Source: Firmicutes bacterium CAG:582
Lineage (GTDB): Bacteria; Bacillota_I; Bacilli_A; RF39; UBA660
Length of the DNA: 64,000 nt
Direction of reading: 5' to 3'
Assembly: GCA_000435515.1 (NCBI GenBank)
Contig: FR884182.1
Coordinates: 8,123-72,122, forward strand
The notes below the pieces were generated by a model, which did no database searches, was not told the origin of the DNA, and was given only the letters and a program-made list of their open reading frames with translations. The position numbers and the translations under genes were made by a program. Positions 1-8,102 of the stretch are shown in pieces (position 1 is the first letter of the stretch; the number at the start of each line of letters is the position of its first letter).

Positions 1-609
1 TCCTATCGGATAAACGTCAGGAACTAGCTTTAACTTAATATTTGGGTATGTACCAATATTGCTTGTTAAATTAATAACGTTATTGGAATCTTTATTGTTT
101 ATAGCAAATATGACATTATTAATACCTAAAATGTTGGATAATGCATCAGCAGTTTCTAATAATTTATCGCTTTTATTATTTATTATAAAGGAATAGTTTT
201 TTTCAGTTTCTTCTTTATCAACACCATTTATTAAAATTGTCTTTTCATCATTAAATATTTTTAAATCTGGCATATATTTTTTTAGTAACTGTAGTAGTTC
301 TTGCTTTGAATATTTATTTATATACTTTGTTGCCCATTTATTTTGTTTAATTTCTTCTTTAAAATTATTTTCAATTACTAAGCATTTAACGTCTCGATTA
401 TTTATTTTTAAATCACAGTCGATTTTTTTTACAACACCGCTTATTGGGCTAAATGTTGCTTTGTTGTTTTCTTCAAATATAACGTCGTTTTTCATAACTT
501 TCATTTCGCCATCTAACTCTATACTGTGTTGTTCTGGTAGTGGAATATAAACGTAATCTGGATTCAAAAATTCTTCCATTTTTGAATTTATTTGGGGGTG
601 TTTAGACAT
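1..609 (-). CDS. RnfC-like barrel-sandwich/SLBB-type protein, N-terminal 203 aa; the gene runs off the left edge of the window
   Basis: Manual reverse translation from ATG at 607-609 gives MSKHPQINSKMEEFLNPDYVYIPLPEQHS...ILINGVDKEE...YPIG, open to position 1. The layout resembles the RnfC N-terminus (vyIPL..h, tlIiNG.., YP.G) but looks degenerate. It starts 8 nt after the nfo stop. Confidence 0.4.
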   Translation of the reverse strand, partial: MSKHPQINSKMEEFLNPDYVYIPLPEQHSIELDGEMKVMKNDVIFEENNKATFSPISGVVKKIDCDLKINNRDVKCLVIENNFKEEIKQNKWATKYINKYSKQELLQLLKKYMPDLKIFNDEKTILINGVDKEETEKNYSFIINNKSDKLLETADALSNILGINNVIFAINNKDSNNVINLTSNIGTYPNIKLKLVPDVYPIG

Positions 610-616
610 CTTATAA

Positions 617-1519
617 CTATTCATTTGTTCCTCTATAATAAGACACTATTTCATCATATAAGTTTGGATTAAATTTCTTATTTCTGATTTCCTCTATTTC
701 AAATTTATATGGTGCATATTCTCGATCTACAAAAGGAGTTTCAAGCAGTTTAGGAACACTTTCTAAACGCGCGTTATATGCAACATTGATTAAAGTATCA
801 AATCCTATTGTTCCATATCCTAAATTCTCATGGCGATCTTTCCTTGCCCCAATTGGATTTTTAGAGTCGTTTAAATGAACACAGCCTATTTTATCAATAC
901 CAATTTTTTTATCAAATTCATCCAAATACTTATCAAATTCATTTATATTTATACCTGAATCACTTAAATGACAAGTATCAAGACAAACTCCTATTTTTTC
1001 CTTTAATTTAATATTTTCAATTATATATTTTAATTCTTCTAAATTTATTCCTAATTCTGTTCCTTTTCCGGCCATTGTCTCTAAAAGTATCATAATATTA
1101 TCATCAGGGTAAAGAATAGAGTTAAGCCCTTTTATTATGTTGTTTAACGCATCAGTTCTATCAATTTTTGTTGCACTTCCTGGATGAAGAACAATTTTTC
1201 TAACTCCTAGTTGCATACATCTTTCAATTTCTTGTCTTAAAAATTTTTTAGCAAACTCATATTTTTCAGGATCAATATTGTTTGCAAGATTAACAATATA
1301 TGGAGCATGGCATACAACATTTTCAAGCATAATATTATTTTCTTTCATTTTTTGTAGTGCCTCATATGTTACTAAATCATTTATTTCTCCTCTTTGAGTA
1401 TTTTGCGGAGCTCCTGTATAAAACATAAAGGCATTTGCTCCATAAGTAATCGCTTCTTCAACCGAACCTAATAATTGAGTTGAATTTTTATATGATACAT
1501 GACTTCCGATTATTAACAT
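617..1519 (-). CDS. nfo: Endonuclease IV (AP endonuclease family 2)
   Basis: Motifs MLIIGSHVSY, CHAPYIVNLA, VLHPG, LETMAGKGTELG, CLDTCH, HLNDSKN..GARKDRHENLG. The preferred start is ATG at 1519 (GGTGGT RBS); the ORF track extends to 1531. Confidence 0.9.
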   Translation of the reverse strand: MLIIGSHVSYKNSTQLLGSVEEAITYGANAFMFYTGAPQNTQRGEINDLVTYEALQKMKENNIMLENVVCHAPYIVNLANNIDPEKYEFAKKFLRQEIERCMQLGVRKIVLHPGSATKIDRTDALNNIIKGLNSILYPDDNIMILLETMAGKGTELGINLEELKYIIENIKLKEKIGVCLDTCHLSDSGININEFDKYLDEFDKKIGIDKIGCVHLNDSKNPIGARKDRHENLGYGTIGFDTLINVAYNARLESVPKLLETPFVDREYAPYKFEIEEIRNKKFNPNLYDEIVSYYRGTNE

Positions 1520-1551
1520 TTTTACCACCATAAAGATTATAACATGAGAAC

Positions 1552-1576
1552 AAAAAAAAAGATACTAAGTATCTTT
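1552..1576 (-). terminator. Rho-independent terminator after the short prepilin gene
   Basis: Minus strand reads AAAGATAC-TTA-GTATCTTT followed by a T-run (plus-strand A-run 1552-1557). Confidence 0.6.
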
Positions 1577-2095
1577 TTATTCAACAATTTTATATCCTTG
1601 ACGATTATAACAATTAGTTACAGTTGCTGATGAACCAGCTTTACAAGCAACATATTCATTTAAACCAGCTACTTGTGTTTTGTCTAAAGATTGAATTGCT
1701 GTCTTATCATCAGCTTTTGGCATTTTTTGATCAGTTACATCCCAACTTAATGTCATATAGTTGGAATCCCAAAGGTAAACAATATAATGTGGATTGTCAA
1801 CGTCTTCGGCGTTTACAACTACATAGCCTTTATAATCACCAGTTGATGTATATCCTAAGTCTTTTTCTATGTTATAAACATATCTACCAGCACCAGCAAT
1901 TGCTCCTCCATTTGAATCATATACATATTGAGTAGTTGTATCTTTTACAACTTTTTCAATATATATAGCAAATGAACTTCTTCTTGCACTCGCCATTGTT
2001 TCAAGCACTGTTGGTATAGCAATTATCATTATAATAGCTAAAATTACTATAACAGCAAGTAACTCAACTAATGTAAAACCATTTTTCTTTTTCAT
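1577..2095 (-). CDS. Prepilin-type N-terminal cleavage/methylation domain protein (pseudopilin, ComGC/GspG-like)
   Basis: N-terminus MKKKNGFTLVELLAVIVILAIIMIIAIP is the class III G|FTLVE prepilin leader plus a hydrophobic helix. 172 aa. Confidence 0.8.
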   Translation of the reverse strand: MKKKNGFTLVELLAVIVILAIIMIIAIPTVLETMASARRSSFAIYIEKVVKDTTTQYVYDSNGGAIAGAGRYVYNIEKDLGYTSTGDYKGYVVVNAEDVDNPHYIVYLWDSNYMTLSWDVTDQKMPKADDKTAIQSLDKTQVAGLNEYVACKAGSSATVTNCYNRQGYKIVE

Positions 2096-2156
2096 AAATA
2101 TCCTCTTCCTATCCTAAATTAATTATATATTTTATCCAATTCGTAGTCAATACTTT

Positions 2157-3851
2157 TTAGATGTTTTTATTTTCTTTATTGGTGTCAATGATGTCATTCT
2201 TATTTCTTATTTTTCGGCTTGTTCTTTTATTTGCACTTATTATTACAAGCAACGCTAGAAGAGCTACACCTAACCCGGCTACCAAGAATTTTAAGAATGT
2301 GCTCATTATATTTTGTTCTTTCTTAGTATGAACTGTTATCGTATATGCTTTTTTATAATATCCATTTTCACTTGTTACATATATACTTATCTTTGAACCG
2401 TCAGTTAATGATTCGTTTCCTTCCATATATGCTCGCGCTTTTGAAGATGTTGTCTCATATTTAATTGGAAGCGAATCGGCATCAACAATTGTAAGTTCAT
2501 AATCGTATTTATTTTTATCAAATTCCAACATATATCCAGAAACAGTTAAACTTGAAAGGGATGCATCACTTGATGGAAGTGTTGGATCTGGAAGACCCTC
2601 TTCTCTATTGTATATCGGTGCATCATTTGTTCTTGTAACCTCTACAATATTTCCAAGTTCATCTAACCTTCTTACTTGAATATAATAGTTTGCTTCTTTA
2701 CTCTCATTTGGATTAGATAAATTTATTCTTATTATATTAGAACCGATAGTTAATCCCTCGGCGCCAATAACCGTAACTGTTGTTTCTGGTTCTGCAGATG
2801 TTGCTGTAATGGAAAGCGTTGATACACTGTTTGGAACAGTAAGTTCATAGTTAAATTTCATTGGGCTAAAGGAAACATCATAACCAGCTACGTTTAATGT
2901 ATTTAAAAGTAACGCTGTCTTTTCTGGCTCAATTGTTGTTGAAGGAATAACATAAGTTTGACGTGTAGTTGTTGTAGTCTTCTCTGCCTCAACCGTTTGT
3001 CTTTCACTGGTTGTAGTTGTTGTAAGCTTACTTGTTTTGTCATCAGCTCTTGAACTAGTAGTTACTTTTGTTGTAGCATCAGCTATAGTTGTTTGATTAG
3101 TTACTTTTGTTGTTTTTATAGTTGTTGTTCCTTTTGTTTCACTTCCAGTTGACGAACAACTCAAACTTTCTATGCTTAAATCTCCTTTAGATTGCATTTC
3201 GTCGTAGAAAGTTTCCATAGGCATATCTTTATTAAATAATAAATTTTCAACTTTATAATTTGTATCTTTTAAAGTGATATATACGTCATAACGATATGAA
3301 TCTTTTGAACCAGTATCTCTTCCACTTACACAAGCTGTTGAACTTGTTCGAAGTATTTTACTTGCATCAGCATATTTATAGTTATAACAAAGTTTGTCAT
3401 CTTTTCCGATGGTTTTGTTAATTGTTACTTCTGTCTTTCCTTCTTCATAATAATATGTTTCATTTGGAGTACAAGTTCCTGAACTAGTAACACAATAATA
3501 TACTCCACTTAAACTACTATTATTAATAGATGCTGTTGCTACTAAATTTCCTGAAGATACCGCTACACGATTTATTTTAACCCAGCCTTCATACTTACCA
3601 GTATTACTGATGTCTAAATCTTTTGATATATCGTATACGGCACAATCTGTATTGCTCTTGTTTAAGTCTAAATCTTGAGTATACTTAGCAGTTGCTTTAC
3701 TTTGCAAGCTTTGAGCATACAAATAAAACGATTCCTTTCTTGCACTTCCAATTGACTTCATAATACTTGGTATTACTACTATCATTATAAGTGCTAAAAC
3801 AACGATAACAGCAAGCAATTCTACCAAAGTAAAGCCATTTTTCTTTTTCAC
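2157..3851 (-). CDS. Large prepilin-type protein with Thr-rich linker, two cadherin-like beta-sandwich domains and a C-terminal TM anchor
   Basis: GTG start with GAGGGTGA RBS. MKKKNGFTLVELLAVIVVLALIMIVVIP leader. T-rich stretch TTKVTTSSRADDKTSKLTTTTTSE. Two repeats of the L..L.V.GY...F.....Y.L.V pattern (LNTLNVAGYDVSFSPMKFNYELTV and LSSLTVSGYMLEFDKNKYDYELTI). C-terminal FLKFLVAGLGVALLALLVIISANKRTSRK. Confidence 0.75.
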   Translation of the reverse strand: MKKKNGFTLVELLAVIVVLALIMIVVIPSIMKSIGSARKESFYLYAQSLQSKATAKYTQDLDLNKSNTDCAVYDISKDLDISNTGKYEGWVKINRVAVSSGNLVATASINNSSLSGVYYCVTSSGTCTPNETYYYEEGKTEVTINKTIGKDDKLCYNYKYADASKILRTSSTACVSGRDTGSKDSYRYDVYITLKDTNYKVENLLFNKDMPMETFYDEMQSKGDLSIESLSCSSTGSETKGTTTIKTTKVTNQTTIADATTKVTTSSRADDKTSKLTTTTTSERQTVEAEKTTTTTRQTYVIPSTTIEPEKTALLLNTLNVAGYDVSFSPMKFNYELTVPNSVSTLSITATSAEPETTVTVIGAEGLTIGSNIIRINLSNPNESKEANYYIQVRRLDELGNIVEVTRTNDAPIYNREEGLPDPTLPSSDASLSSLTVSGYMLEFDKNKYDYELTIVDADSLPIKYETTSSKARAYMEGNESLTDGSKISIYVTSENGYYKKAYTITVHTKKEQNIMSTFLKFLVAGLGVALLALLVIISANKRTSRKIRNKNDIIDTNKENKNI

Positions 3852-3914
3852 TTTATCACCCTCGTATTCTATTATTAATTATAGAGTAGATATAATTTTT
3901 TTTCAAGAAAAAAG

Positions 3915-4662
3915 TTACTTTATTAAAAGCAACTCTTTATTTTCTCCAAATTTATTACTTTGTTTTATGGTTTTAATATAGCATGTATATGCATTTACCT
4001 CATCATTAAGATTATACGCGATAAAATATTCAATTTTTTCTTGTGTATTAGCAACTTTACTAGTTAGTATAGAAGTATACCCTTCATTTAAAATTACATT
4101 TTCAAGATTGCCGGTAGAATGAACAAATTCGTGTTGTAAAATATTTTCTCTATTAACAGATTTATTACCATAGAAATCAATCGTATTAGTAAGTGGATTA
4201 TATGTTGCCCCAAGTTTTTCATTACTTTTATATTCTTTATGAAACATGTTTAAAGAGAATGTCATTCCGGCTAAAATGATATTAAGGATTATATTTAATC
4301 CAAGCAGCAAATATAATTGAATATCTAATAATATGGTATCATTATGATGACAAAAATCTGAAATCATTTGAATAAGAAATTGAAAAAAAGGAAGTAGCAT
4401 AAAATAACTTGATCTTAAATCCATATATTTACAACCTTGATTAACAATGTCTTTTGCTCTTTCATAATCCGCTTTTTTATTATAAACAATTATATTTTTA
4501 TTCGAGCATAGTTCTTCGTAGTTTTTTTCACTCTCTTCAATAAATCTAGCAATCATCTTCTTAGTTCCGATTTCGTTTTTTTCTATCACGAAATCTTTTT
4601 GAGTTATTAATAGACTCCTACTCTTTTTTTCTTTTTTTTAAAACAACTATGCATTTTATCAT
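3915..4662 (-). pseudogene. Shortened third paralog of the HExxH (peptidase-MA-like) membrane protein family, frameshifted in a poly-A tract
   Basis: The main ORF 3915-4589 contains HEFVHSTGNLENVILNEGYTSILTS. Homology to the 431-aa paralog continues upstream of the annotated start (SRSLLITQKDFVIEKN vs IRSLIITDNDLIIEKN). A mini-ORF MIKCIVVLKKRKKE* (ATG 4660-4662) sits in another frame across the A8/A7 tracts. Confidence 0.55.
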
Positions 4663-4670
4663 TATCTCAA

Positions 4671-6026
4671 CTACTTTAATTTTCTAGTATACATAAAATT
4701 ATATTCTCTAATTGTTATATCCATTATAGATTCATTTTGAACTTTTTCCCAATATTCAAAAGTAGTATTATCATATATAAATCCTAAAAATTCATTTATT
4801 CCTATTTCATCTTCACAATAAGAGTTTATTAAATTTCCAAATCTATGCACTTTTTCCATTGAACCTAAAACATTTTCTAAGGCTTCGTCTAGTATGGAAG
4901 CATTCTTTTTAGAATATGCTTCAAGGATTTTTTCTTTACCAACGAGAGCCATAACATATCTTACGCATAAACGCTCTTTATTATAGCTTCCTGTAAACTC
5001 CTCGTCTGTTAAAGTTTCAAAAGTTAAATATTCGGTAAATCCTTCATTTAGATGCTTATATCTAGGTGCAAACCCAAAATTGCCAATTGAATGGTAATAT
5101 TCATGCACAAAAGATTCTTTTTTAAAATCTGTGTTATTATCATCAAAGTAAATAATATGGTTTGTTGGCAAAATATTACAAGCAGCAGTGTTGTCATCTG
5201 CAACCCAATAAAAATCTTTGTCTTTAGCAAAACACTCAGTTACATTAACTGTTGTTAGCTTTTTATAAACATCATCTAAATCAATATAAGGGTTGTCTTT
5301 AATATACTCTTCCAGAAGAAACATATATTCTTTTTCTTCATCAGTTAATTGATTTGATGATTGAATGCCATCAAAAACAATTTGTTCTTTTGCTTCTTTT
5401 TGTTCTTCTAAAGATAAATTATCGTCTATTAAATCATCTAAATCTTTAGAGTATGCTTTGATATAATTCGGTATATTATCAAAACCAACGGAAGAATCAA
5501 ATCCGGTTGCTAAAGTAGAACAAACACATAAAATACATAAAATTTTATATTTAAAATATGGTTTATTTAATTGTTTTGAATTCCAACTTGAAGCTTTAGT
5601 CAAAATTTCAATTATCAATAAAAGCTCTAAATTTATTAAAAATCTATAATCACTTAATCCAGTAAAACGAGAATTGGCAGAAAAAGATTTTAAATAATTA
5701 GCTAAATTTATCCCAATGTTTGTAGAAGCTGCGCAAATAGTCATTACATCTGTTTTTTTATAATCTGCTAATGCCATTTCTTTAAAAATATAAGACTTGT
5801 ATTTTTCTTTTGCTTTAAACATAACAATTGCTTTATCTTTTACTAATTCAGCTAAGCTTTGAGGTTCATCAAAATTTTGAGCATTTATTTCTTTTACAAG
5901 CTGAGGAAGTGTAATATTTTTACATTCTTTTTTATGAATCCTCTTTATTCCTTTATCATATACGTAAAGGCAGTCTTCTATCTTTTTATCCACTAAATAT
6001 ACATATACTTTCTTTATTTTTTTCAC
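4671..6026 (-). CDS. Membrane protein with C-terminal HExxH (peptidase-MA-like) domain, paralog 2
   Basis: 451 aa, GTG start with AGAAGGGGAAG RBS. Hydrophobic segments mid-protein. HEYYHSIGNFGFAPRYKHLNEGFTEYLT (HExxH followed by a downstream NEG/EG glutamate, as in MA-clan peptidases). Confidence 0.6.
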   Translation of the reverse strand: MKKIKKVYVYLVDKKIEDCLYVYDKGIKRIHKKECKNITLPQLVKEINAQNFDEPQSLAELVKDKAIVMFKAKEKYKSYIFKEMALADYKKTDVMTICAASTNIGINLANYLKSFSANSRFTGLSDYRFLINLELLLIIEILTKASSWNSKQLNKPYFKYKILCILCVCSTLATGFDSSVGFDNIPNYIKAYSKDLDDLIDDNLSLEEQKEAKEQIVFDGIQSSNQLTDEEKEYMFLLEEYIKDNPYIDLDDVYKKLTTVNVTECFAKDKDFYWVADDNTAACNILPTNHIIYFDDNNTDFKKESFVHEYYHSIGNFGFAPRYKHLNEGFTEYLTFETLTDEEFTGSYNKERLCVRYVMALVGKEKILEAYSKKNASILDEALENVLGSMEKVHRFGNLINSYCEDEIGINEFLGFIYDNTTFEYWEKVQNESIMDITIREYNFMYTRKLK

Positions 6027-6050
6027 GACTTCCCCTTCTTTTTATGGGCT

Positions 6051-6079
6051 ATTTTAACATAAAATAAAATATCATGCAA
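6051..6079 (-). promoter_or_regulatory. Sigma-A-like promoter, copy 1 of a duplicated 32-bp element
   Basis: Minus strand reads TTGCAT-17 nt-TAAAAT (plus atgcaa 6074-6079, atttta 6051-6056). 6051-6082 is identical to 7455-7486. Confidence 0.45.
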
Positions 6080-6117
6080 ATTACTAACACTGCTTACGAT
6101 ACTTAGTATTTAAAAGG

Positions 6118-7413
6118 TTATTTTGTCAAAATCAGCTTTTCATCATTTTCAAATGAATAATAATCTTTTACAGATTTTACGTATTCTTGATAATCATAGA
6201 AATTTGAATCCAAACATCTATGAATGTAGAAATATATTGCTTCTTTAGAGGAAGAGCCATCTACATAATCATAAAATAAATTATATAACTCTTCTACATT
6301 TTCTTGTCCACCTAATATATTTGAAAGTTCATTATCAAGAATTAATTGATCTCTCTTGGAATATGACTCTAAAACAATATTTTTATCAACAAGGTGTAAT
6401 ATTTCTTCAACACACCACCTATATCTGTCATATCCATCAATTCTTTTATCTGTACCAAGCATACTTGAAGTTAATATAGATGTATATCCTTCATCTAATA
6501 CTTGCATTTCAAAACCACCGGTTGCATGAATAAATTCATGAGTAAATATGCATTCTTCCGAAAGTGATGTTACACCCTTATATGAAGTTGCTTCATTTAG
6601 ATTTATATTATATGTTCCACCTATTCCATATGCACCAAGGAATTCTTTTTCTTCGGTTCTTATTGTCATAAATGTTTGATATAATTCATCAATATCAAGA
6701 AATTCATTTTTTAAAATATATGTTTTCAAATTATTAAGATACGATATTTTGTCTTCGTCAAGATATGGCGATTTTTGAATGTCTTTATATAGTTTTTCTA
6801 CACTTTCTTCTCTACTAACGTTTTCAATTGACTCAGTATTTTTAACCGCCAAATAATAAGGAATTGTTTTTATTGGAACACAATAATTAATCCATGAGCA
6901 AAGTGATAAACCGGCTAAAAAAATAGATATGGAATTGCCAATAGTATTTCTTCCCAATTTATATTTTCTATGAAAGGCATTTAAAGTAGTTGTATACCAA
7001 AGTGTTATTGTATTTAAAAAGCTATATATACAAAGCATTATATAATGTTGCCCATTTAAAAACACTGTATCATAGTGATTAAATAAATAGCTTAATGCAC
7101 ATACCACTATTAAAGATGTAGCTGAACTTGTTTTAAATTTAGATTTGTATTTCATATATTTTGAATAAGCTTTTAGGTTTGTTTTTGCTTGTTCAAAATA
7201 AGATTTGTTGCTTAATTCAACAATATCTTTATTTTCTAACAATTCTTCATAGCTTAATTTACGTTTCTTAATAAATATTTTTATTAATTTATCAGTATTT
7301 TTAGAATTTTTTTCAATTATTAAATCATTATCGGTTATAATTAAACTTCTTATATTTTCACCATTTTGTTTTAAGATTATTATTCTTTTCATTTTAAAAT
7401 TATATCCTTTCAT
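6118..7413 (-). CDS. Membrane protein with C-terminal HExxH (peptidase-MA-like) domain, paralog 1
   Basis: 431 aa. HEFIHATGGFEMQVLDEGYTSILTSS. TM segments. The true start may be ATG at 7392 (MKRIIILKQ, AAGGA RBS) rather than 7413. Confidence 0.6.
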   Translation of the reverse strand: MKGYNFKMKRIIILKQNGENIRSLIITDNDLIIEKNSKNTDKLIKIFIKKRKLSYEELLENKDIVELSNKSYFEQAKTNLKAYSKYMKYKSKFKTSSATSLIVVCALSYLFNHYDTVFLNGQHYIMLCIYSFLNTITLWYTTTLNAFHRKYKLGRNTIGNSISIFLAGLSLCSWINYCVPIKTIPYYLAVKNTESIENVSREESVEKLYKDIQKSPYLDEDKISYLNNLKTYILKNEFLDIDELYQTFMTIRTEEKEFLGAYGIGGTYNINLNEATSYKGVTSLSEECIFTHEFIHATGGFEMQVLDEGYTSILTSSMLGTDKRIDGYDRYRWCVEEILHLVDKNIVLESYSKRDQLILDNELSNILGGQENVEELYNLFYDYVDGSSSKEAIYFYIHRCLDSNFYDYQEYVKSVKDYYSFENDEKLILTK

Positions 7414-7454
7414 TCTTAATATGTAAAATTATATAGTATTATTTTTTTAGGCAT

Positions 7455-7483
7455 ATTTTAACATAAAATAAAATATCATGCAA
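7455..7483 (-). promoter_or_regulatory. Sigma-A-like promoter, copy 2 of the duplicated 32-bp element
   Basis: Same TTGCAT-17-TAAAAT sequence as copy 1, placed about 40 nt upstream of the 6118-7413 gene. Confidence 0.45.
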
Positions 7484-7486
7484 ATT

Positions 7487-7705
7487 TTACATGACACTTA
7501 TAATGTTAGAAATAGTTTCAATGTTTTCAACTGCATCGCTTACTTTTTTGGCTGTTTCTTCTCTTTTATATTTTTTATATTCTTTTAGAAATGTTTCAAA
7601 ATAGTCCGGATCTCGATTTAATTCTTTATAAAGATACGAATGATTCATTAAATATTCATGCATTGCTTGATCACTTTCAAGTTTTAATACGATATCTATA
7701 CTCAT
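7487..7705 (-). CDS. YlbE-like small protein
   Basis: 72 aa. Layout resembles B. subtilis YlbE (H.Y....S.LY..L.R.PD....F). It directly follows a YlbD-like gene, as in Bacillus. Confidence 0.5.
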   Translation of the reverse strand: MSIDIVLKLESDQAMHEYLMNHSYLYKELNRDPDYFETFLKEYKKYKREETAKKVSDAVENIETISNIISVM

Positions 7706-7707
7706 AT

Positions 7708-8055
7708 CTAATCTCCAAAAAACTTACTTATTGGTCTATCAACTTTAGTTAATACTTCAGGACTTTTTTTAGTTAGTTCTTGAATGATGCTTATTGCTTT
7801 TTGAGCGTTATTTACATGATGTTCAATGTTATCCATATTAATATTTTTAAAAATTGATGTTAATTCACTTATTTTATCCCTAGTTGAAGATGTATCTGAG
7901 TCTTCTTTAAAATATTTATTCCATACATCATTTTCTTCTCCATATATATCATATATTTCATAAAAATCCTGAAAAGTCATTTCTTTGTTTTTAATGAATC
8001 TTAATATTTCTGGATGTTTATTTAAAAAATTTTTGAATTCACTTTTCTTATCCAT
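7708..8055 (-). CDS. YlbD-like putative coat protein
   Basis: SEFKNFLNKHPEILRFIKNKEMTFQDFYEIYDIYGEENDVWNKY resembles YlbD (FKEFVKKHPKMIQEVRKGEKTWQEFYEEWYLLGEED). An NMDN..H.N motif lies further on. Confidence 0.55.
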   Translation of the reverse strand: MDKKSEFKNFLNKHPEILRFIKNKEMTFQDFYEIYDIYGEENDVWNKYFKEDSDTSSTRDKISELTSIFKNINMDNIEHHVNNAQKAISIIQELTKKSPEVLTKVDRPISKFFGD

Positions 8056-8096
8056 AGAAAAACCACCTAATATATTATATTTATACTAGGTGGTTT
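8055..8096 (-). terminator. Rho-independent terminator after parC
   Basis: 10-bp stem AAACCACCTA (8060-8069) / TAGGTGGTTT (8087-8096), followed on the minus strand by TTTTC. The 3' arm also supplies the AGGTGG RBS of the next gene. Confidence 0.6.
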
Positions 8097-8102
8097 AAAT
8101 TA

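Noticed and set aside
5048-5230. Short nested or antisense ORFs (5048-5230, 14480-14860, 15013-15387, 27345-27542, 29489-29935, 32300-32494, 37364-37600 and similar)
   Set aside because: All lie inside or antisense to longer, motif-supported genes, lack RBSs and have AT-rich low-complexity translations.
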